A stretch of 64,000 nucleotides of DNA from an uncultured Bacilli bacterium (GCA_934086815.1 CAKOIM010000003.1:6805-70804); one strand, 5' to 3'. Positions 49,088 to 60,231 are shown, counted from the first letter of the stretch. A program made the numbers and translations. Notes: a model not told the origin generated them from the letters alone.

Positions 49088-50607
49088 TATTTTTCCTCTA
49101 TTCTATCAAATAAATGTACTGCTTCTTTTAAGTTAACAGGTAATGTTAATGGTTCACTTTCAATTGTATTATTGCAAGTATTAAGTACATCAAATATTTT
49201 CTCAGCAGTATCTGGTAAAAATGCTTGTAAATATACGGCACTTACTCTTATTGCTTCTAATAAATTGTATAAAATAGTTTCTAATCTTTCTTTTTTATTT
49301 TCATCTTTTGCTAATATCCAAGGCATAGTTTCATCTATATATTTATTACATCTTTTAAGTACTATAAATATCTCATCTATAGCTTCACCAATTTGTAAAT
49401 CATTCATTTTTTCAACTATATTTGGGTGTAAATCGTTAATAACTTTAAATAATTGTTCATCAATTTCTTCTTTTGTATCATTTGTGTTAATAACTCCATC
49501 AAAATATTTATGAGCCATACTTACAGTTCTATTTACTAAATTACCCAAAATATTAACAAGATCACTATTAATTCTTTCTGTTAATAATTCCATTGAAAAT
49601 ACTCCATCATTACTATAAGGCATTTCATGTAAAAAATAATATCTTATTGCATCTACGCCATATTTTTTTACTAAATCATCCGCATATATAACATTACCTT
49701 TACTTTTACTCATTTTACCATCTGCCATAATTAACCAAGGATGGCCAAAAACTTGCTTAGGTAATTCTAAACCTAAACTCATTAAGAAACAAGGCCAATA
49801 AATTGTATGGAAACGAATGATATCTTTACCAATCAAATGTAAATCAGCGGGCCATAACTTATTAAATTGTTCCGTACTATTATCAACATCATATCCAATA
49901 TTAGTAATATAATTAGTTAACGCATCAAGCCAAACATAAACAACGTGATTAGTATCTATAGTAACAGGTATTCCCCATTTAAATGATGAACGTGAAACAC
50001 ATAAATCTTGTAACCCGGGCTTAATAAAATTATTAATCATTTCATTCTTACGAGCTTCTGGTTTTATAAAATCTGGATGAGTATTAATGTAATCTTCTAG
50101 TCTTTTTTGATATTTTGATAATCTAAAGAAGTAAGCTTCTTCACTTTTTTCTTCGACATCTCTTCCACAATCCGGACATTTTCCATCAACTAATTGAGCT
50201 TCTGTCCAAAAAGATTCACATGGAGTACAATACATTCCCTTATATTCACCTTTATAAATATCATCTTGTTTATACATCTTTTCAAAAATATGTTGAACTA
50301 CCATTTTATGATGTTTATCCGTAGTTCTAATAAACTTATCATAACTAGTATTCATAATATCCCATATACTTTTTATTTCTCCGGCAACATTATCAACAAA
50401 TTCTTGTGGATCCAAATTAGCTTCACGAGCCTTAATTTCTATTTTTTCACCGTGTTCATCAGTTCCAGTTTGAAAATATACATCATATCCTTGTAAACGC
50501 TTAAACCTTGCTATAGCATCTGCTAAAACAATTTCATAAGTATTTCCAATATGTGGTTTTCCTGATGTATAAGCTATTGCAGTTGTAATATAATATTTTT
50601 CTTTCAT
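49087..50607 (-). CDS. metG: Methionine--tRNA ligase (short form)
   Basis: HIGNTY (HIGH-type motif), KMSKS, Zn-knuckle CxxC...CxxC. Confidence 0.9.
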   Translation of the reverse strand: MKEKYYITTAIAYTSGKPHIGNTYEIVLADAIARFKRLQGYDVYFQTGTDEHGEKIEIKAREANLDPQEFVDNVAGEIKSIWDIMNTSYDKFIRTTDKHHKMVVQHIFEKMYKQDDIYKGEYKGMYCTPCESFWTEAQLVDGKCPDCGRDVEEKSEEAYFFRLSKYQKRLEDYINTHPDFIKPEARKNEMINNFIKPGLQDLCVSRSSFKWGIPVTIDTNHVVYVWLDALTNYITNIGYDVDNSTEQFNKLWPADLHLIGKDIIRFHTIYWPCFLMSLGLELPKQVFGHPWLIMADGKMSKSKGNVIYADDLVKKYGVDAIRYYFLHEMPYSNDGVFSMELLTERINSDLVNILGNLVNRTVSMAHKYFDGVINTNDTKEEIDEQLFKVINDLHPNIVEKMNDLQIGEAIDEIFIVLKRCNKYIDETMPWILAKDENKKERLETILYNLLEAIRVSAVYLQAFLPDTAEKIFDVLNTCNNTIESEPLTLPVNLKEAVHLFDRIEEK

Positions 50608-50609
50608 AA

Positions 50610-51092
50610 TTAACCTTCTTTCTTATTAGTACTTCCAATACCACCTGTTCTTAAAGTATTTACATCATCATCAGATGTAGTTAAAAACTTTGTAAATATT
50701 CCTTGAACATAAGCATCCCCTTTATTTATAACAAATTCTTTACTACCTTCATTTTGCAAAGAAACAAATATATGTCCTTCATTATCTAAATTATTGTAAT
50801 AATCACTTTCAACTACTCCGACTTGATTAGTTAGTCTTACATTCCATTTAAACCCAAGACTACTTCTTACCATAATAAATAAAACTTCATCTTTTAAAAA
50901 AGTAGCTTTATAACCAGTCGGTATAATTATTTTTTCATGTGGCTTTAAAACATAATCTTGTATGGCATAAAAATCATAACCTGCACTAAATTTAGTAGCT
51001 CTTTTTGGCAACTTATATTCTTCATACAAATTTATATCATCACAAATTTCTTTTTGAAACTCCTTAAAACTTATTTTTTCAAATTTACGCAT
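50610..51092 (-). CDS. dut: dUTP diphosphatase (probable start at MMRKF after AGGAGG; the ORF track extends to 51155)
   Basis: SAGYDF, RSSLGF, GVVESDY, RTGGIGSTN dUTPase motifs; 2-nt gap to metG. Confidence 0.75.
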   Translation of the reverse strand: MRKFEKISFKEFQKEICDDINLYEEYKLPKRATKFSAGYDFYAIQDYVLKPHEKIIIPTGYKATFLKDEVLFIMVRSSLGFKWNVRLTNQVGVVESDYYNNLDNEGHIFVSLQNEGSKEFVINKGDAYVQGIFTKFLTTSDDDVNTLRTGGIGSTNKKEG

Positions 51093-51109
51093 CATAACCT
51101 CCTTTTTTA

Positions 51110-51335
51110 AACAAAAAAAATCATAAACTAAGGACGAGTTTTCCCGCGGTACCACCTTAATTCATGAATTTCATGCAACTTAAATTTATAACGTAATTAC
51201 CCGTTTTAACTCCAGAACCATGTTCAATATATCCATTAATTCTTTTTCACCAACCAAGAACTCTCTACTTAACTTTTATATTTACTCTTTCCTTCTTCGT
51301 TAATTCAATTTTATTTTAACATATATATTTAAGAT
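51110..51335 (-). ncRNA. Candidate T-box leader upstream of dut-metG
   Basis: Minus strand AATTAAGGTGGTACCGCGGG (51143-51162) matches the T-box core 18/19, with exact GGTGGTACCGCGG. An AGAGAG stem-I element lies upstream, a possible TTGAAT-17-TAAAAT promoter at ~51296-51335, and a U-run before dut. The terminator helix is not clearly resolved. Confidence 0.5.
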
Positions 51336-51341
51336 ATTCAA

Positions 51342-52790
51342 TTACATTTCTAAATAACGTGGACTCTTTGGTAAACCTGGCATTGTAATTATATTATCTA
51401 GTAATACTACAATTAACTTACTACCCGTGTGTATTTCAATATTTTTAACAGTTACTTCTTTTACATCATCTTTATATGCATATTGTGTTTTAGCCATACA
51501 AACAGAAAATTCTTCATTACTTTTAAAGTTATTAATAACATCCATTGCTTCTTTTGTAAAGTTTACTTTTGGAATTAAATAAACATTATTAACTAATTTT
51601 TCTATTTTTTCTTTTAAAGTATCACTATCACTATAAACATAGTTCGGTTCAGTATCAAATAAATTTAAACTTGTAATATATCTAGCTAATTCTAAAGCTC
51701 CAGATCCACCTTCGCTATACACATTATTACGTATACACACAACATTTTCATTTTTACAAATATCTTCGATTAACTTGAAATCTTCTTCTGTATCATCCAA
51801 AAATTCATTAATAGTAACACAAAAAGGTATATTAAACTTCTTTAAATTATTTATATGTAATAATAAATTTTTGCATCCATTATATTTAAAAGCTCTACAA
51901 GTAGCAATTAAAACAATATAATTAGGATTTAAATCATAATGTTTACCTAAAATATCAACAAACTTTTCACAACCTAAATCACTTCCAAATCCAGCTTCAG
52001 TAATAACATAATCTGTAAGTGATAATCCTAAGTTTAGTGAAGTAACACTACTACAACCATGGGCAATATTAGCAAAAGGACCTCCATGAACAATAATTGG
52101 ATTTTCTTCTAAACTTTGAACTAAATTAGGATACATAGCCATTTTAAGTAATTTAACCATTGCATTAGTTACATTTAAACTCTTAGCATATATTGCTTTA
52201 CCATCTTTGCTATAAGCAATTAAAATGTTATCTATCTTCATTTTTAAATCTAATTCATCTTTTGCTAAACAAAATATTGCCATTAATTCACTAGCCGCGG
52301 TAATATTAAATTTATCTCTTAGTGTTCGATCATTCATATCTAAACACCTTTTAAAGCATATTTTATTTTCATCTATATTTAATTCATTACCTTGATAAAT
52401 ATGATTATCTATAGCTGCTGCTAAAAGGTTATTAGCACTTGTAATAGCATGAAAATCGCCAGTAAAATGTAAATCTATTTCTTCACTTGGTATCATACAA
52501 GATTTTCCACCACCTATTGCTCCTCCTTTCATACCAAAAACAGGACCAAGCGATGGTTCTCTTAATACAGCTATAGAATTTTTATCCAACTTTTTCAAAG
52601 CATCATTTAAACCAATTGAAACAGTTGTTTTTCCTTCTCCATAAGGTGTTGGATTAACTGCGGTTAATAATATTAACTTACCTCTTTTTTCATTACATTT
52701 CTTTGTAATTTTTGCCATATAATTTCCATAACAAAATATGTCTTTTTCATTTAAATTAATTTCTCTTGCAATACTTTTTATATCTTTCAT
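51342..52790 (-). CDS. fhs: Formate--tetrahydrofolate ligase
   Basis: PTPYGEGKTTVSIGL. Confidence 0.85.
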   Translation of the reverse strand: MKDIKSIAREINLNEKDIFCYGNYMAKITKKCNEKRGKLILLTAVNPTPYGEGKTTVSIGLNDALKKLDKNSIAVLREPSLGPVFGMKGGAIGGGKSCMIPSEEIDLHFTGDFHAITSANNLLAAAIDNHIYQGNELNIDENKICFKRCLDMNDRTLRDKFNITAASELMAIFCLAKDELDLKMKIDNILIAYSKDGKAIYAKSLNVTNAMVKLLKMAMYPNLVQSLEENPIIVHGGPFANIAHGCSSVTSLNLGLSLTDYVITEAGFGSDLGCEKFVDILGKHYDLNPNYIVLIATCRAFKYNGCKNLLLHINNLKKFNIPFCVTINEFLDDTEEDFKLIEDICKNENVVCIRNNVYSEGGSGALELARYITSLNLFDTEPNYVYSDSDTLKEKIEKLVNNVYLIPKVNFTKEAMDVINNFKSNEEFSVCMAKTQYAYKDDVKEVTVKNIEIHTGSKLIVVLLDNIITMPGLPKSPRYLEM

Positions 52791-52845
52791 TTATTTCACC
52801 CATTATTAATATACAATAAAGTAATTTATAATGTCAAAATAATTA

Positions 52846-53367
52846 TTAACTATTTATTTTTTCTATAATAATACTTACTAGCAATTTAGCTAAAGAAAGA
52901 TATTTATTATCTTCATTAGAAACTAATATAACTAGTCCAATTGAATCACTTTCATTAATTAAAGGAACAATAGTAAAATATCCATTTATTTGATTATCCT
53001 CAAAACTTAATATATCTATACTTTTACTAATATACTGTTCTCTATTATCAATTAAATTAATGCATAATTCACTAATTATTTTTCCTTTTAATTCTTCATT
53101 ATAAGAAGTAGCAATAACTTTTTCACGATCTGTAATAATAATATCTATATTAAATATATTGTTTATTAATTCACAAAGATTTAAAACTTTATCTTCAATT
53201 TTTTTAACTTCAAAATATTTTTTTAAAATAATAGAATCTTCATTTGTAAATATCTCTAAATACTCACCATCTCTAATTCCTAAATTTTTTCTTATTTCTT
53301 TTGGTATAACAACCCTACCTAATTCATCTATTTTTCTAGTAACACCAGTTGATTTCAATAAATTCAC
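52846..53367 (-). CDS. spoVT: Stage V sporulation protein T (AbrB-N + GAF)
   Basis: MNLLKSTGVTRKIDELGRVVIPKEIRKNLGIRDGEYLEIF. Confidence 0.85.
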   Translation of the reverse strand: MNLLKSTGVTRKIDELGRVVIPKEIRKNLGIRDGEYLEIFTNEDSIILKKYFEVKKIEDKVLNLCELINNIFNIDIIITDREKVIATSYNEELKGKIISELCINLIDNREQYISKSIDILSFEDNQINGYFTIVPLINESDSIGLVILVSNEDNKYLSLAKLLVSIIIEKINS

Positions 53368-53411
53368 TCCACTTCTTTATTATTGTGGAATATTTTTATA
53401 AAGTTATTCTC

Positions 53412-56400
53412 TTAAAGTATTTTTTCTAATAAAGAAACTATATAAAATATATAATGTTTAGCTAAATCTTTAGTGTATAAAATAATAGTTATTTTTTCAT
53501 TTTTATATTTAATATTAAAGTTTTTTGTTAAAGAAATTGCTTCCATTAACAGCTTATCACCCTTAATATTTTTAGATACTATAACTGGTAAAGTAATTTC
53601 AACACTTCTTGGTGTTTCTAAAACATCTTTAATATTATATTTTAAAGCAATCTTTTCAAACCATTCTTCATACATATAAACTAGCATATCTTCAGTTATT
53701 TTTCCAAATCTATCTTCTAATTCATTTTTAATTAACAATAACTTATCATATGAATCAATTTCATTAATTTTTTGATGTATTTCAATTTTAATATCTTCAT
53801 CACTTACATAATCATCACTAATATGCGTTGAAACATTTAAAAGTGTAATATTATCTTCATCTTCTTCGATTACTTCTTCACCCTTTTGTCTTTTAATTTC
53901 ATCTTCAATCATTTTCATATAAAGGTTTATACCAACACTATCAACAAAACCTGCTTGAGAAGCCCCAAAAATATCACCAGCACCTCTTAAACTTAAATCA
54001 CGCATAGCAATTTTATAACCACTACCAAGTTCTGTAAATTCCTTTATAGCATTAAGTCTTTTAATAGCAATATCATTTAACATTTTATTTTTATTATACA
54101 TTAAATATGCATAAGCTATTTTATCACTTCTTCCTACTCTACCTCTAATTTGATAAAGTTGACTTAAACCAAAATATTCAGCATCATGAATTATTAAAGT
54201 ATTAACATTTGGTATATCTATACCACTTTCAATAATTGTTGTACAAATTAAAATATCATATTTATTCTCAATAAAATTAGTCATTACATTATCTAATTTA
54301 TTTTTATCCATTTGCCCATGAGCATATTCTACCTTAGCATCAGGTACTAAATTCTTAATATAACTAACATAATTAAGTATTGTTTCTACACGATTATACA
54401 AAATAAATATTTGTCCATTTCTACTTAATTCTTTATATATTGCATCTTTAATTATAAAGTCATCTTCACATACAACATAAGTTTGTACCGGATATCTATT
54501 TACTGGTGGTGTATCAATAATGGATAAGTCTCTAAGTCCAGATAAAGACATCTTTAATGTCCTAGGTATAGGTGTTGCACTAAGTGTTAAAACATTAACA
54601 TCGTTTTTCATATTTTTAATTTTTTCTTTGTGAGTAACACCAAATCTTTGTTCTTCATCAACGACTAATAAGCCTAAATCCTTACACTTAACCGCATCAT
54701 TCAATAACTTATGAGTTCCAAATAATATATCTATTTTACCATTTCTTAAGTTTTCAAGTATTTCCTTTTCTTTTTTTAAGCTAACATGTCTATTAAGTAA
54801 AGCTATTTCTATCGGCCAATTTTTAAATCTTTCTAAAGCTACTTTATATTGTTGTTTAGATAATATAGTCGTCGGACATAAATATAATACTTGTTTATTA
54901 TTAAGTACAGTCTTAAACATGGCACGCATTGCTACTTCAGTTTTTCCAAAACCTACATCCCCGCATAATAATCTATCCATAGGAATATTACTTGATAAGT
55001 CATTATTTATATCATTTATACTTTTTTGTTGGTCAACTGTTAAATTATAAGCAAATTCACTACCAAAAACTAATTCTTCCGGATATGTTTTAAAAGGTTC
55101 TTTTTTAATCTCTAATCTTTTTTGATATAATCTTATTAATTCCGCGGAAATATCTTTTACTTTTTCGCTAATATATTTTTTAGTCTTTTGCCAATTAGTA
55201 CTTCCTAACTTGTTTAATTTAACATTATTACCATCTTTATCATTATATTTATAAATTGTGTTTATTTTTTCAACAGGTACGTATATCTTATCCGAACCAG
55301 CATAAGAAATAGTTAAAAAATCTTTTAATACTCCCTTTACTCTAAGAGTTGTAATACCTTTATAAATACCTATCCCATGAGCTAAATGAACAACATAATC
55401 TCCATTTTCTAATTGATTAAAATCTTTAATTCTTTTTCCTATATGAAAATTATTCTTATAATTATTAGTAACTTTTTGCGTATTTTCAATATCATTACTA
55501 CCTATGACTACATATTTATCTAAAATAAAACCATTAGTAATACTTTTTATAGTTATATTTGCTAAAGGTATTACTTCTAATATTTTTTTCTTTTCTGCAT
55601 CACTATTTAAATAAAAATAAACAGACTTCCCAGCGTTTATCCACGCTTCATAATCCTTAGCTAATTTTTCTAAGTTTTCATTATAATTAATAATTTCATG
55701 AGCATCGAAATTATTTTTTCCCGAGCTAAAAGAATTAACATAAATTCGTTTATTATCAGGTATTTCTTCCAATTCAAACATCAATTTATCTGTAATAGAC
55801 TTATCTTGCTTATAATTTGAAATATCTTCAAATAATTTTGTATAAGCAGCTTCTATTTGACTTTTATCATAATATACAACTATAGCATCATTTGCATAAT
55901 CATATAATGAACTTTTATTATTTGTTTCAATTTCTTCAATTGCCTTAACTTTTAATGTATCAACATTTTCAAAAGACATTTGTGTATTTTCATCAAAGTA
56001 TTTTATACTTTCAACTATATTTCCATCAAATTCAATTCTTAAGGGGTGCTTTTCTTCAATAGGGTATATATCTACAATAAAACCACGAACTGCTATTTCT
56101 CCACTAGTTGTTACAATTGTTTCCTTTTTATATCCAAGATCAATAAATTTATTTACCAGATCATCTCTTTTTATATTTAAATTTTTGTTTATAACTACAC
56201 TATTATCAACATCTTTATTTGGTAAATACTTTAAATACCCCATTAAATTAGTTACTATTATATTATTATTGTTTGATATTTTGTCTAATGTTTCTAATCT
56301 CTTATATTTTAGCTCCGGACTTTTAGCAACTATAACTGATGATAAAAAATCATCCATTGGGAAAATTAAAGTAGAATTATTTATAACTGATAAAGCATTA

Positions 56401-56558
56401 TATAATTTATTAGCTTCATATAAGGAACTTGTTAAAACAATAATATTTTTTTTATAATGTAAAAATAATTTATAAATGTAAAAAACGTTTAACTGAAAAG
56501 TTAAACCAGATACTTCGGTATTATAGTCATATTTAAAATAATCATCTAAAAAATTCAT
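53412..56558 (-). CDS. mfd: Transcription-repair coupling factor
   Basis: DVGFGKTEVAMRA, DEEQRFGV helicase motifs; 1048 aa. Confidence 0.9.
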   Translation of the reverse strand: MNFLDDYFKYDYNTEVSGLTFQLNVFYIYKLFLHYKKNIIVLTSSLYEANKLYNALSVINNSTLIFPMDDFLSSVIVAKSPELKYKRLETLDKISNNNNIIVTNLMGYLKYLPNKDVDNSVVINKNLNIKRDDLVNKFIDLGYKKETIVTTSGEIAVRGFIVDIYPIEEKHPLRIEFDGNIVESIKYFDENTQMSFENVDTLKVKAIEEIETNNKSSLYDYANDAIVVYYDKSQIEAAYTKLFEDISNYKQDKSITDKLMFELEEIPDNKRIYVNSFSSGKNNFDAHEIINYNENLEKLAKDYEAWINAGKSVYFYLNSDAEKKKILEVIPLANITIKSITNGFILDKYVVIGSNDIENTQKVTNNYKNNFHIGKRIKDFNQLENGDYVVHLAHGIGIYKGITTLRVKGVLKDFLTISYAGSDKIYVPVEKINTIYKYNDKDGNNVKLNKLGSTNWQKTKKYISEKVKDISAELIRLYQKRLEIKKEPFKTYPEELVFGSEFAYNLTVDQQKSINDINNDLSSNIPMDRLLCGDVGFGKTEVAMRAMFKTVLNNKQVLYLCPTTILSKQQYKVALERFKNWPIEIALLNRHVSLKKEKEILENLRNGKIDILFGTHKLLNDAVKCKDLGLLVVDEEQRFGVTHKEKIKNMKNDVNVLTLSATPIPRTLKMSLSGLRDLSIIDTPPVNRYPVQTYVVCEDDFIIKDAIYKELSRNGQIFILYNRVETILNYVSYIKNLVPDAKVEYAHGQMDKNKLDNVMTNFIENKYDILICTTIIESGIDIPNVNTLIIHDAEYFGLSQLYQIRGRVGRSDKIAYAYLMYNKNKMLNDIAIKRLNAIKEFTELGSGYKIAMRDLSLRGAGDIFGASQAGFVDSVGINLYMKMIEDEIKRQKGEEVIEEDEDNITLLNVSTHISDDYVSDEDIKIEIHQKINEIDSYDKLLLIKNELEDRFGKITEDMLVYMYEEWFEKIALKYNIKDVLETPRSVEITLPVIVSKNIKGDKLLMEAISLTKNFNIKYKNEKITIILYTKDLAKHYIFYIVSLLEKIL

Positions 56559-56566
56559 AACTACTC

Positions 56567-57118
56567 CTATTTAGTATTATAAATATTCATCGTTTTATCT
56601 ATACCACTTACTACAAAAGAATCAATAATTTCATTAAAAACTTTACAATTATTTGTAATTATCTTAAGTTCACTATGCGAAAACTTACCTAAAACATAAT
56701 CTATTACTTCATCTTTTTTGACAGAACTAATGCCTATTTTAAGTCTAGCAAAACTTTGAGTATGAAGACAATTTATAATAGATTTTATCCCATTATGTCC
56801 TCCACTTCCTGAGTTAATCTTTAGTTTATATAGGCCAAATTGTTGATCTAAATCATCTTGAATAATTAAAATATTTTCAATTGGTATAGCAAAATAATTA
56901 ACAAATTCATAAACAGCTTGTCCAGATAAATTCATATACGTTTGGGGTTTTAAAAATATAACCTTTTCACCACTTATATTAGTTTCAAAATATAATCCAT
57001 TAAACTTCTTTGACCATTTTTCGTTACCTACATAATTATCTAAAACCATAAATCCAATATTATGCCTAGTATTATCATATTTTTTTTCCGGATTTCCTAA
57101 TCCCACTATTAACTTCAT
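56567..57118 (-). CDS. pth: Peptidyl-tRNA hydrolase
   Basis: MKLIVGLGNPEKKYDNTRHNIGF. Confidence 0.9.
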   Translation of the reverse strand: MKLIVGLGNPEKKYDNTRHNIGFMVLDNYVGNEKWSKKFNGLYFETNISGEKVIFLKPQTYMNLSGQAVYEFVNYFAIPIENILIIQDDLDQQFGLYKLKINSGSGGHNGIKSIINCLHTQSFARLKIGISSVKKDEVIDYVLGKFSHSELKIITNNCKVFNEIIDSFVVSGIDKTMNIYNTK

Positions 57119-57120
57119 AA

Positions 57121-57837
57121 TTACACCTCTTTAAATAAATGTTGATAAGTACTTAAGTTATTAACACACATTTCTTTATTAAAAATTACACCATATTTAC
57201 TTGCTTTAATACATTTTATAAGAGCTATTGTTGGTTTAGAATTTTCTTTTGTTCTAATTAATTGTATTACCTTAACATTTATATTATATTTATGAGCTAA
57301 AATAATAATTTCATCAATTCTTGTAACACGATGACTTAAGTAAAACTCTCCCTTATTTTTTAGCATTTTCGCAGCAATTTTAAAAACATTTTCTAATTTT
57401 AAACTTATTTCATGACGAGCAATACTTAACATCTTAGTATCATTAATATAATTTTTATTTTCCACTTTAAAATATGGAGGATTACAAGTAATAATATCAA
57501 AAAATTCATTGGGAAAATAATTGTCAATTTCATTCACATCAACATTAAAAATATCTATCTTATCAGTTAACTTATTTTCTTCAACCGACATTTTAGCTAA
57601 ATTTGCTATTTCTGGTTGAATTTCTACCCCTACTATATGAGAATTATTATATGTTGATAAAACTAGTGGTATAACGGCATTACCTGTACACATATCAAGT
57701 ATCTTATAATTCTTATTATTTATGTTAACAAATTCTGCAAGTAATAGTGAATCTAACGAAAATTTAAAACCATTTTTTTCTTGATAAATATATCTATTCT
57801 TATAATCGTATAAATCATTTTTCACTATCAATGACAT
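57121..57837 (-). CDS. N6-adenine-type class I methyltransferase (tRNA1(Val) m6A37 methyltransferase-like)
   Basis: MCTGNAVIP (motif I) and NPPYF (motif IV). Confidence 0.6.
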   Translation of the reverse strand: MSLIVKNDLYDYKNRYIYQEKNGFKFSLDSLLLAEFVNINNKNYKILDMCTGNAVIPLVLSTYNNSHIVGVEIQPEIANLAKMSVEENKLTDKIDIFNVDVNEIDNYFPNEFFDIITCNPPYFKVENKNYINDTKMLSIARHEISLKLENVFKIAAKMLKNKGEFYLSHRVTRIDEIIILAHKYNINVKVIQLIRTKENSKPTIALIKCIKASKYGVIFNKEMCVNNLSTYQHLFKEV

Positions 57838-58585
57838 AATCTATTTTTTCTCCATCAACTAACACTTTGCATTTTTTATTTAAAACATCACGACTAATTA
57901 CAGTTCCTTCAGTTTCATTTATTGTTATTTTATCTCCAATGTTTGGCATATCTTTACTTGCTTCTAAATAATTTTGATCTTCATACATTAAACAACAAAG
58001 CAATCTACCACACGATCCATTAATTTTATTGGGATTTAAAGCTAAATTTTGATTTTTAGCCATATTCATTGATATTGTATCAATTTTATTTAAAAAACGT
58101 AAACAACAAAGTTCTCCGCCACAAACTCCAATTCCGCCAATTTCTTTTGCTTTATCTCTAGCCCCAACTTGTCTTAACTCAATTCTTGTATGATAAATAT
58201 TAGCAAGTTTTTTGGCTAAATCACGAAAATCAATTCTACTATCCGCTGTAAAATTAAATAGTAATTGACTTCGATCTAAATTATATTGAGCATTTAAAAC
58301 ACTCATTTCTAGCTTTAAGTCTTTAACCATTTTCAAACATTTCTTATACGCTTTCATAGCATCTTTTAAATTGTTCATATAATTTTCGTAATCTTCTTTT
58401 GTAGCTTTTCTAATTATTTTTAAATCTGTTGTTTTCTTTAAATTACCTTGAATGGAAACTACTTTTGCCACATTTTCTCCTCTTTCAGTTAAGACTACGA
58501 CTAAATCATCTAAAATATAATTAGCTTCACATTCTACATACTCTCTTTTTTTATTATCGTTAAAAACTATTCCATATACATTCAT
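57815..58585 (-). CDS. ricT: PSP1-domain protein YaaT/RicT
   Basis: PSP1 C-terminal region with the Cys cluster GVCGGELCCLRF...CGRLLCC. Confidence 0.7.
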   Translation of the reverse strand: MNVYGIVFNDNKKREYVECEANYILDDLVVVLTERGENVAKVVSIQGNLKKTTDLKIIRKATKEDYENYMNNLKDAMKAYKKCLKMVKDLKLEMSVLNAQYNLDRSQLLFNFTADSRIDFRDLAKKLANIYHTRIELRQVGARDKAKEIGGIGVCGGELCCLRFLNKIDTISMNMAKNQNLALNPNKINGSCGRLLCCLMYEDQNYLEASKDMPNIGDKITINETEGTVISRDVLNKKCKVLVDGEKIDYVIDSEK

Positions 58586-58587
58586 CT

Positions 58588-59406
58588 TTATTCACCCAAT
58601 TCTATAACAAACCTATCTAATAATAATTCTATATTTGCATTATAATTTAAATCTTCAATTATTCTCGTTGTTAATTCTATTCTATCTAAAATATTTTTAT
58701 AATTCAATTTATTCTTAAAATTTATTCCATTTATTTGTCCATAATGCAAAATATCTTCATAAACAAATAATATTAATGAAAATATTTCCTTTATGTCTTC
58801 TCTGTCATTATATTTTAAAAACATTTCTTTATTTTCTATTATAGATTTATTTTCTTCAATATTATTTAAATAGTTTATTACATCATTTAACTTTGTATTT
58901 TCATATATTTTTTCTAAATTATCATCTAAATTATAATAAACTTTTAATGTTTCACATCTACTTTTTATTGTTGGTAAAACATTATTAATGTTGTTTGTTA
59001 TAAAAAAACCAATAATATGTTCTTCCGGTTCTTCTAAAAATTTTAACATTGTATTAGCTGATGAAGATGTTAATTTTAAAGTCTCTTTAATAACGTATAT
59101 ATTTTCTTTTGTATAAGTTGGCATATTACTAAAAGACTTTTTTAAATCTAATACTTGTTCTTTTTTTATAGTGCTATCAATTGCTTCAATAACTTTAAAT
59201 GATGGAAGATAGTTTTGATCAATTAAATTACAAATATTACACTTTTCGCATTTTTCTGTAAAACAATCCAAGCAAAAGATTTCTTTAATAACTTCTTTTA
59301 GTTCTTTAAAACATTTTTCAACATCATTTGTTTCAATCAAATAAGCATGAGATAATCTATTCTCATGATATAATTCAACTAAATTTTTAAGACTACTATT
59401 TTTCAC
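58588..59406 (-). CDS. holB: DNA polymerase III delta-prime subunit
   Basis: SHAYLIETND; zinc module CxxC; position beside yaaT. Confidence 0.7.
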   Translation of the reverse strand: MKNSSLKNLVELYHENRLSHAYLIETNDVEKCFKELKEVIKEIFCLDCFTEKCEKCNICNLIDQNYLPSFKVIEAIDSTIKKEQVLDLKKSFSNMPTYTKENIYVIKETLKLTSSSANTMLKFLEEPEEHIIGFFITNNINNVLPTIKSRCETLKVYYNLDDNLEKIYENTKLNDVINYLNNIEENKSIIENKEMFLKYNDREDIKEIFSLILFVYEDILHYGQINGINFKNKLNYKNILDRIELTTRIIEDLNYNANIELLLDRFVIELGE

Positions 59407-59414
59407 TATACCTC

Positions 59415-59603
59415 CTACAACAAAACAAAATAAATAGCTATTAACGATAAAAGACCACTCATTCCCAAGGTTGAAACTACTAATATAGTTATATAATTAA
59501 TAGGTATAAATATTTTTAACCCTGATACTACTAAATTAAAAGCATAAACTAAACATACAGCAAATACTATTTTTTTAATAATTAAAAATATTATCTTTTT
59601 CAT
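59415..59603 (-). CDS. Small two-TM membrane protein (BofA-like?)
   Basis: 62 aa with two hydrophobic helices; position after recR as in Bacillus (yaaL/bofA region). Confidence 0.3.
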   Translation of the reverse strand: MKKIIFLIIKKIVFAVCLVYAFNLVVSGLKIFIPINYITILVVSTLGMSGLLSLIAIYFVLL

Positions 59604-59631
59604 ATCTAAAATTTATGCTATTATCTAAAAA

Positions 59632-60231
59632 TTATTCACTTATTTTTTTTCTATCTTCTAATGCTTTATCTAATGTTATGACATCTAAATAATCTATTTC
59701 TGCTCCCATAGGTATTCCATAGGATAATCTAGATATTAAAACATTTTTATTTTCAAAAATTTTCTTTATATATAATGTAGTAGTTTCTCCCTCAATCGTA
59801 GATTTTAAAGCCAATATTAATTCCGGATTTTTACTACAATTTACGCGATTAACTAATGACGCTAAATTAATATCTTCCGGATGAATATTATCTATTGGAC
59901 TAATGAGACCATTTAAAACGTGATAAACTCCTTTGAAATTACCAACTTTTTCAAAAGAAAATACACTTTTAGAGTCTTCAATTACACAAATTAAATTTTT
60001 ATTTCTCGATTCATCACTGCAAATATTACATATATCATTTTCTGTTAAATGTCCACATATACTACATTTATGAATTTTTTTTATGTTATTAAGTGCATCA
60101 GAAAAATTATCTAATTCCTCATCTTTAAAATTTAATGTTGCTAAAGCTAATCTTTCAGCATTCTTTTCACCAATCCCTGGTAACTTTTTGTAATAATTTA
60201 TTAAATTTTCCAAACTTGGTGGATAAATCAT
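59632..60231 (-). CDS. recR: Recombination protein RecR
   Basis: C4 zinc finger CSICGHLTENDICNIC; Toprim domain. Confidence 0.9.
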   Translation of the reverse strand: MIYPPSLENLINYYKKLPGIGEKNAERLALATLNFKDEELDNFSDALNNIKKIHKCSICGHLTENDICNICSDESRNKNLICVIEDSKSVFSFEKVGNFKGVYHVLNGLISPIDNIHPEDINLASLVNRVNCSKNPELILALKSTIEGETTTLYIKKIFENKNVLISRLSYGIPMGAEIDYLDVITLDKALEDRKKISE

